DNA from: a virus
Taxonomy: Duplodnaviria; Caudoviricetes
Direction: 5' to 3' (one strand)
Length of the DNA stretch: 64,000 nucleotides
IMG/VR virus record: IMGVR_UViG_3300048502_000077
Span: 2,665-66,664 of that record
Shown: positions 30,784-40,550 of the stretch, in pieces
How positions within the stretch are numbered: the first letter of the stretch is position 1
Layout of the letters: every line of letters begins with the position of its first letter
The notes under the pieces: model-generated
Databases searched by the model: none
Told to the model about the DNA's origin: nothing
The model's input: the letters and a program-made list of their open reading frames with translations, nothing else
Made by a program: the position numbers and the translations under genes

Positions 30784-31109
30784 GACTGACCTTCTTGATT
30801 GTAAGCGGGTCGCCCGAACTCTCCGGGCGCAGGGCGCGTTCCTTGCCCGTCGCCAATGCAGTATTCCCATGTGCCGCTTTCCTCTGCGTCCACAGACGCT
30901 AGGCATTCTGGATGCATCTTGTTGGTGGTGGCCCCATCCATGTCCATTGATGCCCACCGCTCGTAGGTCTCGCCAGGTAGGATCTTCTCGCAGCACCACG
31001 TGCAGACGTGCTCTTTGCGAGCGATCAGTTTTTGCGGCGGAGAGTTATACATTGGACCTTCGGCCTGTCGTTTGATTGCGATCCGGGCAACATTCCTGAT
31101 GGTGGTCAA
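30780..31109 (-). CDS. Zn-finger-like phage hypothetical protein
   Basis: ARKEH.C.WC.E.I.PGE.Y.RW.........MH.EC. Confidence 0.65.
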   Translation of the reverse strand: MTTIRNVARIAIKRQAEGPMYNSPPQKLIARKEHVCTWCCEKILPGETYERWASMDMDGATTNKMHPECLASVDAEESGTWEYCIGDGQGTRPAPGEFGRPAYNQEGQS

Positions 31110-31647
31110 AAACCTCCACCGTAATGAAGCTCTTTCCGCATTCGCACTTGTGCTTAGCCATCACTGGAGAGACTTCTGTCTCGAGACAGCCTCGTGCCAA
31201 TGCACTGTAGATGCCATTGCTGACGGTCACGGCGCGCTGAATGAAAGGCGGCACATGATCGCCCCTGGCCCCAAGGTACGGCTCTACGAACTCGCGCAGG
31301 CCGGCCCCCGCATCTTCCAGCGCCGCCCGCAGCCGCCCGACCTCCGCATCATGCGCCTCGATCAGCGTGCGGTAGTCGTGCGTCTCACAGGCTTTAAGCG
31401 CCGCGCGCAGCCGCTCATTTTCGCTCAGAGCGTTCCCGTGAAGCTCGCGAACGTGGAATAGCTCGGCGCACCTATCGGTGTCGGCGTGCTTCCATTCATC
31501 CCTGTCCTTTGTGAGCCGCTCGATCTCGTCGGCGGCCTGACTCATTAGCGAGGAGGCGTACTGCCACCCCTTCGGCATTTCCACCGGGTTATCGCCTGCA
31601 TACGCGCGCAGCCTGCTTACAATCTTTGAGGTAAGTCCGTCTGTCAT
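31045..31647 (-). CDS. Coiled-coil phage hypothetical protein with a C-terminal C2H-type finger
   Basis: IV.RLR; AADEIERL; EV.RLRAAL; KCECGKSF.....HHQECCP. Confidence 0.55.
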   Translation of the reverse strand: MTDGLTSKIVSRLRAYAGDNPVEMPKGWQYASSLMSQAADEIERLTKDRDEWKHADTDRCAELFHVRELHGNALSENERLRAALKACETHDYRTLIEAHDAEVGRLRAALEDAGAGLREFVEPYLGARGDHVPPFIQRAVTVSNGIYSALARGCLETEVSPVMAKHKCECGKSFITVEVFDHHQECCPDRNQTTGRRSNV

Positions 31648-31931
31648 GGCGGGACTCCTATGCTCCAGTCGTATGTCGCAGGCCCGTCTTCTCCAGAGCG
31701 CGCCTCGCGGACCCACTTAAGATATTCAGGGCTCGCCCCCTGCACCGTATACTCGTATTGCTGGCCGCGCGAATCCACTCCGAAAGAAATCACGTTCGGG
31801 CATTCTGTCAGGGCTCGCACCATCTGGTCGATCACCCAGTCTTTATGATGGGAACCGTCGATTCCGCCATATCGAAGGGCGAAGTCCAAGGCCTTGGCGA
31901 CCTTATCCCCTTGGGGGATAGAGTCAGTCAT
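31644..31931 (-). CDS. Conserved phage hypothetical protein
   Basis: A.RYGGIDG.HHK.WVIDQMVR.L ... Y.W..G..P. Confidence 0.7.
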   Translation of the reverse strand: MTDSIPQGDKVAKALDFALRYGGIDGSHHKDWVIDQMVRALTECPNVISFGVDSRGQQYEYTVQGASPEYLKWVREARSGEDGPATYDWSIGVPP

Positions 31932-32115
31932 GTGATCTCCTTGCCGCCCATGCCGGTCATCTGCTTCTGACGACGCAGTTGCAACAGGATCTCGCCAAGT
32001 CGGTTGAGCGTCTTGGCCTTCTCCTCGGCCCATCTGTTGTCGCCGCGACTCAGCAGGTACTTTTCCTCCTCGGCGAGGAACGTCCGCAGGCGATCGATTT
32101 CGTTGATGTCAATAA

Positions 32116-32643
32116 TCATGCGTTTCGCCACCCTTCAATGACCTTGCGACCAACTCGGCGAATTTCGCAGTACGCCTCAGCCCGGCCAGAGATCTGGTCG
32201 TAGTCACTGATCTGGAAATCCATAAAGCGCTGGAGCGCCTCCCGCAGTTGCTGGATCTGCTCTTGGCTGCGTTCGAACTGCCGGGCCACCACACACTGGT
32301 CGCCGTCAGGGTCGGCGTATGGCTCCTCAAGCCAGCGGCTCGCAATAGCGATAGCCTCTAACCGCTCGCTCGCGCCCGGTGCCGGCCGTGGAGACGGCGT
32401 CCCTTCAGCGGGGTCGCTCCCGGCCGGGCTTTGGCGCTGACGCTCCAGTGAATCCTGGCTGGACAACAATGCTTCCGCATGTGTCCGAAGATTGCGTAAG
32501 TCGTCGTATTCCATTTCGCCCTGGCAGAAATGAACGACATGGCTTGCGAGGCATGTCCTGGCTTCGGAATATGGATCCAGTCCAAGCCGAATATTCTCGG
32601 CCATCTGCATCAGGGTTACGCCGCCTGTTCCTGCGTTGCTCAT
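32116..32643 (-). CDS. Hypothetical protein
   Basis: ATG at 32643; coupled to neighbours. Confidence 0.5.
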   Translation of the reverse strand: MSNAGTGGVTLMQMAENIRLGLDPYSEARTCLASHVVHFCQGEMEYDDLRNLRTHAEALLSSQDSLERQRQSPAGSDPAEGTPSPRPAPGASERLEAIAIASRWLEEPYADPDGDQCVVARQFERSQEQIQQLREALQRFMDFQISDYDQISGRAEAYCEIRRVGRKVIEGWRNA

Positions 32644-33050
32644 TGCGCCACCTCTTCGCTCCACGACGCGCCGCAGTCTTTGCACCGACGGTCATCGAAT
32701 TCTTGGCCCAGATGGAAGTCTGAGCTGCCGCCTGTACCGACGACATTGGTATGCGCCCATTGACCAGGCGCGCCCTTGGGCATCGGGTGTTCAGGCGCGC
32801 AGAGCAGCCGGCCATTGGCCGCGTCGCGCGGCCACACGGCGAAATTCACGTTCTCCTGTGCAGTCACTTCATTCCCCTTCGTACTCGCCACACACGCGAC
32901 ATACGCCGTTGTCGTCAAGGTCCGGGTCATGGCCAGCAGGCTCTCGAACCAGCCGCAGCAGTCATCCTCCGACTCTTCCTCGTAGTCATCGTCGAAGTCC
33001 TCCGGCTCTTCCGGGTGTGTGCAGCTCACTTCGATTCCTCCCGAGGACAA
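32640..33050 (-). CDS. Hypothetical protein with an acidic tract and Cys motifs
   Basis: CTHPEEPEDFDDDYEEE; C..EHPMP......W.H; RCKDCG. Confidence 0.45.
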   Translation of the reverse strand: MSSGGIEVSCTHPEEPEDFDDDYEEESEDDCCGWFESLLAMTRTLTTTAYVACVASTKGNEVTAQENVNFAVWPRDAANGRLLCAPEHPMPKGAPGQWAHTNVVGTGGSSDFHLGQEFDDRRCKDCGASWSEEVAQ

Positions 33051-33201
33051 TATCTATCAGCCAGACGCAGTACCCAATAACCATCCGGCCGCTGCAACCA
33101 CTCACCGACATTGATACTGGCGCCTGCGCTATTCTCAACTTCCACGAAGCGGCCTGATTCGTGGGCTGGCGGTCCGTCAAACACAATGTCGATGTAGTCC
33201 A

Positions 33202-33573
33202 CTACTGCGCCCCAAGGTCCCGCAGACGCTTCTGGCGCTCCGCAATTTCAGCGTTCAGGGTGGCAATGTCTGCCTGTCGTCTTTCCTCGGCCTGCCTCGC
33301 AATGCGTTCTTCGCGTTGCGTCTCGGTCTCGCTCGGCACGGCGGTAAAGAATCGATTGCCTTGGCCGGCGATTGGCTGGACCGTCATGTGGTCAAAGCCC
33401 ATCTCCTTGCCCAAACGCTCCCAGGCAGCATTGGCGTTCTCCTGAGGCGATCCGCCCATCGGGGTGCCCCCAGACAGGAACATGACCGGCGTCGGTTTGC
33501 AGGCGTCCAGAATCGCGTCCAGTTGAGCCTGCGTCATTTCGTAGTTAGTTCGCGGGTACACAATGTGCTCCAT
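33202..33573 (-). CDS. Conserved phage hypothetical protein
   Basis: MT..QL..I..AC.P.P.M..SGG......QENAN.AW..LG.EMGF..MTV.P.....RFF.A. Confidence 0.7.
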   Translation of the reverse strand: MEHIVYPRTNYEMTQAQLDAILDACKPTPVMFLSGGTPMGGSPQENANAAWERLGKEMGFDHMTVQPIAGQGNRFFTAVPSETETQREERIARQAEERRQADIATLNAEIAERQKRLRDLGAQ

Positions 33574-33602
33574 TACAAAGTGAGGTTGTGAGTTCTAGGA
33601 AG

Positions 33603-33950
33603 TCAGTCGTTACCGTCAGCGCGCTTGCCGGTGTTCGGGATGACCTGGACGGCTCTGTCGTCCCAAAGCTCGATCATCCCGAAATCCTTTTCACAAACGA
33701 CATCCAGTCGCTGCCCGAAATGTTTTTCGGTCCAGTCCTGAATACCGCTCCGAATCGCGTCCACAGTCGCCACAGCGCGCCCCTGGTTGGACGACACGCG
33801 AGCCGTGAAGATCTTGACCGTGTGATCGTTTGCGAGCCACTGGCGGACTCTCTTGGCCATCAGCGGCACCGGGGCGCCGATATGGTGCTCATCGACCCAG
33901 CCACTGTATTCGGCCAACGTCCCATCTAGATCAACTCCAATCCAAGCCAT
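33603..33950 (-). CDS. HAD-superfamily phosphatase-like protein
   Basis: WIGVDLDGTLAEY (DxD motif I); KIFTARV; KDF.M..LWDDRA. Confidence 0.75.
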   Translation of the reverse strand: MAWIGVDLDGTLAEYSGWVDEHHIGAPVPLMAKRVRQWLANDHTVKIFTARVSSNQGRAVATVDAIRSGIQDWTEKHFGQRLDVVCEKDFGMIELWDDRAVQVIPNTGKRADGND

Positions 33951-33980
33951 GTTTCTCTCCGTCTCCAGGACTAAAGCAGG

Positions 33981-34463
33981 TTATCGGTTCACCCAAATTT
34001 GAATTTTTGCAACCCGGTCATCATCACCGTCGATTGCAACCTTGCACTCCGCTGATTGCCCTGGCTGCATAGGCGACGCGCATGTTGCGTTGTTCTCAAA
34101 GCCTGACGCCAAGACCGTTCCATCAGGGGATACCGTCTGCCAGTGCCATGCCAGATATCCGATAGCGTCATGACCGACATTTTTGGAATACATGAGCAAC
34201 GCGGAACCGTCGAAGTCGGCTCTGGTGATAGTTACCGAATCAATCGGATAAATGGCCTCAATGGCATAGGGCGCCTTCGGCGTATGATCCGCCCCCACAT
34301 AATGCGCCATTCGCGCTTCCTGCTCGATTTGCCGGTGAATCGTGTGCGCAGTGATATAGGCAGTCAGGAGCGCCGTACCACCAATTCCGAGTGCCCAAGG
34401 AATCAACGCGTAAAAGAAGGCACCTACGCCTCCAGTTGCCTTCACTTCTAATTGTTCAACCAT
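33981..34463 (-). CDS. Membrane-anchored protein with an extracytoplasmic Ig-like domain
   Basis: N-terminal TM, followed by C..P(M/L)QPGQSAEC. Confidence 0.5.
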   Translation of the reverse strand: MVEQLEVKATGGVGAFFYALIPWALGIGGTALLTAYITAHTIHRQIEQEARMAHYVGADHTPKAPYAIEAIYPIDSVTITRADFDGSALLMYSKNVGHDAIGYLAWHWQTVSPDGTVLASGFENNATCASPMQPGQSAECKVAIDGDDDRVAKIQIWVNR

Positions 34464-34638
34464 GTTTCTCTCCCTCGTTTTGTCGTCCGCTAGGACTATC
34501 TCGCTTTTTGGCTTTCGCCTTCTTCCGCTTCATAGCCGCTAACCGCTCGTAGTGGGCATTGGGGCGGCGCTTGCTCGCCCCCTTGGCCTTGCCGCCCTTG
34601 CTGCCGATCTTGGCTAGGTAGTCCTTAACGGAGGTCAC
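34456..34638 (-). CDS. Small basic protein with a KGG-type motif
   Basis: YLAKIGSKGGKAKGASKRR. Confidence 0.6.
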   Translation of the reverse strand: MTSVKDYLAKIGSKGGKAKGASKRRPNAHYERLAAMKRKKAKAKKRDSPSGRQNEGEKHG

Positions 34639-34875
34639 AGCCCAAGCTCTCGCAGCAGTTCATCGTCCGTCATTTCCGGAAGTACACTTTCCATTCCCAA
34701 GTGCGCCATCTCGCGAGCAATCTCTTTCTCGACTTGGGCAATCCAGACCTTGCGAATCTCGGAGCCGTCTGTGGCAAAACGAACCTTCTCGTGGGAAAGG
34801 CGCGTCTGAAGTGCTATCAGGTGTGTGGTGTTCATGGATGAGATTAGATCACAAGCCGCTTGCGATGTAAAGCCT

Positions 34876-35214
34876 TCAAATCTCGACCCCATCGCGCAAC
34901 TGGGAGCCGATAAGACCCTTTCGGCGTAGGTATTTAATACCCTGTGCCCGCAGGCCCGGTTCGGCTTTGACCAGCGCGCGCCGTAGCAGAATTACCAGAT
35001 CGTCGCGTTCAGTCCGTAGCGCTACAAGCTGCGCCTGATAATCCAGTTGCCTCTCAAGGTTGGTTTCGTTCGTCTTGCGGTTATCCTCGGCAACGCGCTT
35101 GTTCGCGTACAGCTGGTCGATGACGACTTGTACGGCCTGAACGTCCTCGGCAGTCATCGGTGGCAGCCCCTCCCGCATCTGCAGGTCGGTGAAATATGGC
35201 GTCAGGTCACTCAT
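34876..35214 (-). CDS. Coiled-coil hypothetical protein
   Basis: Coupled ORF in the early cluster. Confidence 0.5.
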   Translation of the reverse strand: MSDLTPYFTDLQMREGLPPMTAEDVQAVQVVIDQLYANKRVAEDNRKTNETNLERQLDYQAQLVALRTERDDLVILLRRALVKAEPGLRAQGIKYLRRKGLIGSQLRDGVEI

Positions 35215-35890
35215 GCTTCAGTCCTGATTGGGAAGGTGAATCCGGCGTCGGCGGTATGTGCCTCTCGTACTCATCGAGCCATGTGATTAATTCAAGCACC
35301 GACTCCCTAATCTGTTTCGCCTCACTGAACTTCATGGCTCGCACAGTCTGGCGATCCGTTTCTTCTGCAATTCTCTTGAAATTTGCAAGAGCGGTCTTCA
35401 TACGCACAAAGTGAACGTGCCCGTAGTCCGGAACGCGCGCTGCCGCCCCCGGATTGAAATTTCCGCCAGTGGGCGAGAAACGATGAAGTGACACGGCGTA
35501 AGCACTTGGAGTAGGTGCGGGAGACTGCTCGATATTTGCTTCAAAGATTTCCTTTGGCACTCGCGCTATACGCGTCGCCTGATAGATTTTCCCTTTTGTC
35601 ATCCCCTCGATGCGGGCTGTATCGCGAGCTTTGTAGTCGTCCTCACAAAGTTCGCCCAGACGCCGGAGCGCGCGAAGTTGTACGCGGTTTGCCATGTCCA
35701 ATAGAGTGGTATCCATGGCCTGCCGCGCATACGTGGCAATTGCGGCGGCTCTGTCGTGAATCTCCTTCGCCTCATCGATGCGAACACACTCAGCCAGCGC
35801 CTTCTTCGCTGCTTCATAATTGATCGGCAATGGCGCGGACGGAATCGCTCTCTTGATGGCGGCCGGCAAGCGTCGTAAGTCTATGCTCAA
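35207..35890 (-). CDS. Phage protein with the helical N-terminal domain often fused to MT-A70 methylases (no methylase domain here)
   Basis: LP.NYEAA.KALAEC..IDEAK...D.A.A...YA.QA.D..L...A......A.RRLGEL. Confidence 0.6.
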   Translation of the reverse strand: MSIDLRRLPAAIKRAIPSAPLPINYEAAKKALAECVRIDEAKEIHDRAAAIATYARQAMDTTLLDMANRVQLRALRRLGELCEDDYKARDTARIEGMTKGKIYQATRIARVPKEIFEANIEQSPAPTPSAYAVSLHRFSPTGGNFNPGAAARVPDYGHVHFVRMKTALANFKRIAEETDRQTVRAMKFSEAKQIRESVLELITWLDEYERHIPPTPDSPSQSGLKHE

Positions 35891-36312
35891 GGATTCTCTC
35901 CTGTTTTCAGATCAAATCTTCGCGGGTCGCTTCCCGCACCAATGAGCCCTCGGCCTTGAGTTCCTTGGTCCGAATCGAGTGACTGCTGCCGCTCAATACG
36001 GGCGCTCCCAATGTAGGCCAGCAGCACCAATGGGCTCATGAGCACGACGATTGCGATAAAAGCGGTAATCATGATTGCCCGTCCTTCGTTAGGATTGAGT
36101 CGCGGTTCTTCAAACCCGAACTCGATGAATTCCTCACTGCGCCCGTCAGCGACTATCTTGCGAAACTTCGCCACAGAGGCAGACGAGGCGATCCAGGCGC
36201 CGTCCTTTGTCTGCGTTGCCTTCACGTCGTGTAAGCCGTTGCGCTGAGCGGAGGCGATTTCACGCGCGTCGGTGATCGGCGTCATGCGGTGCTTTGGCTG
36301 GATCGTCTTCAC
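35887..36312 (-). CDS. Membrane-associated hypothetical protein
   Basis: Central TM IMITAFIAIVVLMSPLVLLAYIG. Confidence 0.5.
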   Translation of the reverse strand: MKTIQPKHRMTPITDAREIASAQRNGLHDVKATQTKDGAWIASSASVAKFRKIVADGRSEEFIEFGFEEPRLNPNEGRAIMITAFIAIVVLMSPLVLLAYIGSARIERQQSLDSDQGTQGRGLIGAGSDPRRFDLKTGENP

Positions 36313-36505
36313 CGCAACTGACTCCCATCAATCGCCGCCCGCACGAGCTCGTACAGTTTCTCATCCCCATGATCCACCAGCAGATACAGCGACGGTGCCA
36401 TGTTCTCGGTGATCTTGTTCTTGGTCGCCCACCACTTATCGGCCTCGCGACCGAGCAATTTGGCAACCTTGAGTTCCATCAGGGTGATTTGGGAGGCGGT
36501 GATTC

Positions 36506-36775
36506 TCACGCCCAATGCTCCAAAAGAAACGCCTTGCGCGTGCCGTGACGGATAATCATGTTGCGCTTGACGTTGGCGTTGTATCTCGCGGTAAGCAGTT
36601 GATCGCGCCGCTCGTTGAGATTCCATGCAGCGGCGCCGAGCTGTCTCGAGTTACGGCGGTCGCGAGTGACGCCGATGACAGCGAAGTCAGACACGGGCCG
36701 ACGCAGGTAGCTCAGGGCGATGAACAGCAGCCCGATAATGGCGACGGCGATGCAGACAGGAAGATGAAAAATCAT
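36506..36775 (-). CDS. Membrane-anchored hypothetical protein
   Basis: ATG at 36775 after GGAG; N-terminal TM. Confidence 0.5.
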   Translation of the reverse strand: MIFHLPVCIAVAIIGLLFIALSYLRRPVSDFAVIGVTRDRRNSRQLGAAAWNLNERRDQLLTARYNANVKRNMIIRHGTRKAFLLEHWA

Positions 36776-36951
36776 GGATGTCTCCGCATTTCGGTGTGAA
36801 TGACGCCGATGACGTAGCCGAAAATGAGCGCGAGCACCACCCAAAACAGCAGCCCTGCACTTCTATTATGGAACGGATGGCAACTGCCGTCGCCACCGAG
36901 GTAATCGGCCGGTGGGCAGGTGGCGAATAGGGCGGCGGGGGCGCTCGGCAT
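36772..36951 (-). CDS. Small membrane protein, first gene after promoter P(37005)
   Basis: GGAG RBS and ATG at 36951. The track's TTG start at 37005 is actually the -35 box. Confidence 0.5.
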   Translation of the reverse strand: MPSAPAALFATCPPADYLGGDGSCHPFHNRSAGLLFWVVLALIFGYVIGVIHTEMRRHP

Positions 36952-36976
36952 GGTCAACTCCGTGGTCAATGTCGCG

Positions 36977-37005
36977 ACTGTACGCGCGACGCGAACATTC
37001 GTCAA
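36977..37005 (-). promoter_or_regulatory. Sigma70 promoter with an embedded 17-bp operator
   Basis: TTGACG-aatGTTCGCGtcgCGCG-TACAGT, 17-nt spacer; operator at 36980-36996. Confidence 0.8.
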
Positions 37006-37218
37006 CTACTTCACGACCTCTACCGTCAAAACCCCGTCCAGCACCGATAAATGCCTGATTGTCAGCAGTTTTCCCGCCTTGTTGACGATTCGTACGTCCT
37101 TGTAGATCGTCGGATTGCGCATCAGAAATAAGGCCGGCTTCGCGGGCGTCACGCCCTGGCGGCGTAGCACACTGGCCTTGCGCTTTATCTGTTCGGCGAG
37201 TTTCTTTGTGCGTGCCAT
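37006..37218 (-). CDS. Small basic hypothetical protein
   Basis: AAGGAA RBS, MARTKK. Confidence 0.5.
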   Translation of the reverse strand: MARTKKLAEQIKRKASVLRRQGVTPAKPALFLMRNPTIYKDVRIVNKAGKLLTIRHLSVLDGVLTVEVVK

Positions 37219-37402
37219 TTAACTATTTCCTTGGCGTGACGGATGACGGCGGGGAATTCGGACTCGCAGGCGTGGCACCATGACCGAGGCGATAAGCGCT
37301 TGGCTGGGCCTGTGCGCAGGCAGGCTTCGCACGGAATGAAGTCACAGCCGAGTATGCGGGCGCGGCGCTCAGGGCTGCGGCGGCGAAGGGGGACGACGTT
37401 GG

Positions 37403-37894
37403 TCATAGCCACGGCTGCGGCCTCAATTCGCCCGGCAGGTACAGCGGATGCCCTGGACTGCCATCTTTGTTCAGCCGCAAATGGTAGACCGTACCGCGAT
37501 TCTCCAACAGCCCGCGGACATGCAACGCGCGCTCCGGATCAGGGCCAGGTTTGCCCCATGCGCAGACGATCAAACCGGCATATTCAGCAAGCCGTCCGAT
37601 ATGGTCATCGTTCTCAGGTCCAACCGGATCCTCTACATTCCATAGTGTGTTTGGGATCGTGGCCCGATAAGCATACAGGTTCACCACGTCCATTCGCCCG
37701 CGCTTCCACGCCCGCGTGAAGGCGATACAGCGCTTGATGGTTGGATCGTTAATCGTGGCATCGGCGGTGCTTGGGTTCAGCATGACCCATAGGACCCTAC
37801 CGCCCCAATCGCCTTCGGCCGGATCGCCTTCGATATCCACATGACGCGTCAGTGAGTATCGATAAAGGCCGCAGGGGCTGATTACGGCGCTCAC
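37403..37894 (-). CDS. DUF1643-family protein
   Basis: A.IS.CG.YRY.L.R; (L/V)W(V/I)MLNPSTAD...DPTI.RC..F..W; NL(Y/F)A.RAT.P; CAWG; G.P.HPLY. Confidence 0.85.
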   Translation of the reverse strand: MSAVISPCGLYRYSLTRHVDIEGDPAEGDWGGRVLWVMLNPSTADATINDPTIKRCIAFTRAWKRGRMDVVNLYAYRATIPNTLWNVEDPVGPENDDHIGRLAEYAGLIVCAWGKPGPDPERALHVRGLLENRGTVYHLRLNKDGSPGHPLYLPGELRPQPWL

Positions 37895-38310
37895 TTGATC
37901 GTCTTCTTTTTCGGCTCGACGCAATGAGCAGAATCTGGATAGGGTACCAAGGTCCGCGCCATCATCGATTCCGGCACGTATGTCTGGAACGTGCATTGCA
38001 CGCCGAGGGGGATAATAGGACGGATGCCATAGTCCATGCGCTCAGTCTGCGCGTAGTCGGCGAAGTAGATCGTGGCGCAATACGATTCCATATGCGCATC
38101 GATTTTCTTGCCGTCCAGGATCAGATCACCGCCGAACATTTTCTTGAACTCGTCGACTTCCGCCTGACAGTCAGCCAAACTGCTGTAGAGCAATAGGCCG
38201 CTTTGGCGTTGATATTCTGCTGGAATCTTGTCGCAGTCTTTCCCTTGGCACGGGCCGCTCAGGAGTGCGTATAGGGCAAGTTGTGCGCTCACGGTGCCAT
38301 CACCGAACAC
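37891..38310 (-). CDS. Cys-containing hypothetical protein, possibly exported
   Basis: Paired Cys (C.GKDC, DC, YC, QC, HC). Confidence 0.45.
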   Translation of the reverse strand: MFGDGTVSAQLALYALLSGPCQGKDCDKIPAEYQRQSGLLLYSSLADCQAEVDEFKKMFGGDLILDGKKIDAHMESYCATIYFADYAQTERMDYGIRPIIPLGVQCTFQTYVPESMMARTLVPYPDSAHCVEPKKKTIK

Positions 38311-38699
38311 AGATACTTCCCCGTCTTCATATCGACAGATACGACTTCACCGGAAACGCAGTTCGGATATTCACGTTGCGGCTTGCCTGCGAGAATATTG
38401 GCCGCGTCCTTCAGATGTTGTTGGTCGGCTGCAGCTTTATACCTTGCTTCGGACTCGCGCGCCGCTTTGCGCGCTTCGTCGTCTTTGGCTGCGACGGCTA
38501 TAATCTGCGGCACTAGCGTCTCGCATGCCTTGAAATCGGCCTCGAAGTGACGATCTTCGCCGTACTGCTCTTGAAGCGACCTCGGTCGCGCGACATCCCC
38601 ATAGGTGCCGCTCGGATTGATTGACGCCACAGCGACATCGTAATGGATGTACGCGTGCGCATGGCATCTCGCGAGAACGGCGAGAATAATGGGATTCAT
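38289..38699 (-). CDS. Hypothetical protein, possible N-terminal export signal
   Basis: MNPIILAVLARCHAHA; GGAG RBS. Confidence 0.45.
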   Translation of the reverse strand: MNPIILAVLARCHAHAYIHYDVAVASINPSGTYGDVARPRSLQEQYGEDRHFEADFKACETLVPQIIAVAAKDDEARKAARESEARYKAAADQQHLKDAANILAGKPQREYPNCVSGEVVSVDMKTGKYLCSVMAP

Positions 38700-39070
38700 T
38701 TGTTTCTCCACTCCTTAACAATCTGAGCCAATAGAATTATTGCAATGACCACGACAATGATGCCCAACGATGCCAAGTCGTGCTTCGTCGCCATATCCGT
38801 CAGCGAGGAGCATTCCCACCCATCGTCAACCGTAGCGCGCAGCACTTGACCGACCGGACAATGGACGGCGAACTGAGCCATACCGATACCGCTAATATTT
38901 GCATCGCTGGACGCGCTGCTTAGCGATGAGTCGTCAGTCAGATTGGACAGCGACAGGCATTCGCCATTCACTAGCGTTTGTACGGTGCCAATCGGACAGG
39001 TTTTCGGAACGATTGTTGAATGCGGCGCATCACCGGGGATATCACGGATCCAATGGGTTGAGGTGGTCAT
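38696..39070 (-). CDS. Membrane protein with Cys pairs and a C-terminal TM
   Basis: CPIG.....NGECL; CPVG........WEC; terminal hydrophobic helix. Confidence 0.5.
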   Translation of the reverse strand: MTTSTHWIRDIPGDAPHSTIVPKTCPIGTVQTLVNGECLSLSNLTDDSSLSSASSDANISGIGMAQFAVHCPVGQVLRATVDDGWECSSLTDMATKHDLASLGIIVVVIAIILLAQIVKEWRNK

Positions 39071-39273
39071 TTGTACGCCACCGTATCATTGACCAGTGAC
39101 TGCGCAGATCGGACAATTTCTGCAAGGCGCACGCAATGGTGGCATTTCGGATCGCCGCAATAGTCCATATTGAGCGACAGCATATCTTCGAGACTCTGAC
39201 GCAACCGATGAATGATGTAATCCTCTGGCGTCTCGGTCGGACGTTTTGATCGTATTGCCATCATCACTCCCAT
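39067..39273 (-). CDS. Hypothetical protein, first gene after promoter P(39436)
   Basis: Contains C.DP.CHHC. Confidence 0.5.
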   Translation of the reverse strand: MGVMMAIRSKRPTETPEDYIIHRLRQSLEDMLSLNMDYCGDPKCHHCVRLAEIVRSAQSLVNDTVAYK

Positions 39274-39407
39274 TAAAGACCCATTGAGGGGGGAACTAGA
39301 TTCGTCTGACCACCAGCTCCCAAATTCACAAGATCAGCAGATGTCAGCACCACCGATAATGTGCCCGGCGTCAATCCGCCGGCCCCTCTCAATAGACCCT
39401 GAATTTA

Positions 39408-39436
39408 TTTGTACGCGCCCCGCGAACGTATGTCAA
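39408..39436 (-). promoter_or_regulatory. Sigma70 promoter with an embedded 17-bp operator
   Basis: TTGACA-tacGTTCGCGgggCGCG-TACAAA, 17-nt spacer; operator at 39411-39427. Confidence 0.8.
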
Positions 39437-39834
39437 TACCGCCGCAATGGCCAGGTGCCATCCAGTTCGATGATCTTTTTTGCAGAGTCCGCGTCGGTCG
39501 CGACGCCGGATATCCCGCCGAAGTGGCGGACCATGGTGAGAAACGATTCTTGATCGGGCTCCGGCTTCTCGCCCACGCGTTTGACTTCCAATACACAGGC
39601 AATCGCGGCTCTTTTCCCAACATCGGCAGCGGTAATGACCCGCGTCGTAAATCCGCAGATGTCGCTCGTGCCAGGGGGCGCGAGTCGTACCCGGTGAAAT
39701 GGCGACAGCGTAATTGACTTCGGCGTGCGATTGACTATCGGACCTGCCCACGCATACCCGCTATTCACCCTCATGAGTCTGTGCGGTCCCTTCGACAGCA
39801 GCAGAATCCGTCCGTATTGCTCCGTCTCGCCCAT
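39433..39834 (-). CDS. Hypothetical protein
   Basis: GGAG RBS; 133-aa ORF. Confidence 0.5.
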   Translation of the reverse strand: MGETEQYGRILLLSKGPHRLMRVNSGYAWAGPIVNRTPKSITLSPFHRVRLAPPGTSDICGFTTRVITAADVGKRAAIACVLEVKRVGEKPEPDQESFLTMVRHFGGISGVATDADSAKKIIELDGTWPLRRY

Positions 39835-40204
39835 CGTTACTCTCCCGTGGTTTCATAGTCTTAAACCGCATCCACGCCCATTGCGCTTTGTGGCCGCGTT
39901 TCTTGGCCAACGCATGCCAGTCGTCCAGCGTCGAATCATCGACAGTCTTGGGCGCGAAGGTGCGAAATGGAGACAAATACCCCATCGCAATGAGTTCTCC
40001 GATACTCAAGCCCATGACCATTTTATCGAAGAACGCACCCAGTCCTCGTCCATCCATTCGGCATGGCGTCGCACTAAGGCCGATCAGATATTTATAGCCG
40101 CACTTCTGCAGCACCTCGGTCCAGCTTTTCGCGGCTAAATGATGGCACTCGTCTAAAATAACGGTGTGAGGTTTCGGGAGTTTGTCGATCAAAACGGCAG
40201 CCAT
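39761..40204 (-). pseudogene. Remnant of a superfamily-2 (DEAD/DEAH-like) phage helicase
   Basis: Keeps ILDECHH (motif II), IGLSATP.R.DG.GL (motif III) and GYLS.F..FAP. It then jumps to the C-terminal L..LAK.RG.K..WA. Walker A and RecA2 are absent. Confidence 0.6.
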
Positions 40205-40550
40205 AGCCGGCCGCAATCATCCAAAGCATGTGCGCTTCTCGCTGCAGCACCCGCGTACGCTCATGAAACCTCGGATACCGATTTGCCCGCGCCAGTCGGC
40301 CAGGATATTCCAGCGAGAAACCACGCGCGGATCGACACTGGCAGCAGCGCTTGCCCATGATCGGCCAGATAATGTGCCGCCGGACAGGATCGAAGGCGGC
40401 ATCGACGTAATAATTTACGCCACGTTCAATGAACGGACCTTCGTACAGATCCGCGTTACATCGCGCGCATGCGGGATAGGTCGCGGCGACGGCACAGCCG
40501 AAGAGGTGACAGTGGAGGCGCATGTCACATTGCGCCGTCAGCGGTCTCGG

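Noticed and set aside
40092-40550. Novel Zn-finger C-terminal domain on the methyltransferase
   Set aside because: It is better explained as read-through into a separate small gene (ATG at 40523) after loss of the methylase end.
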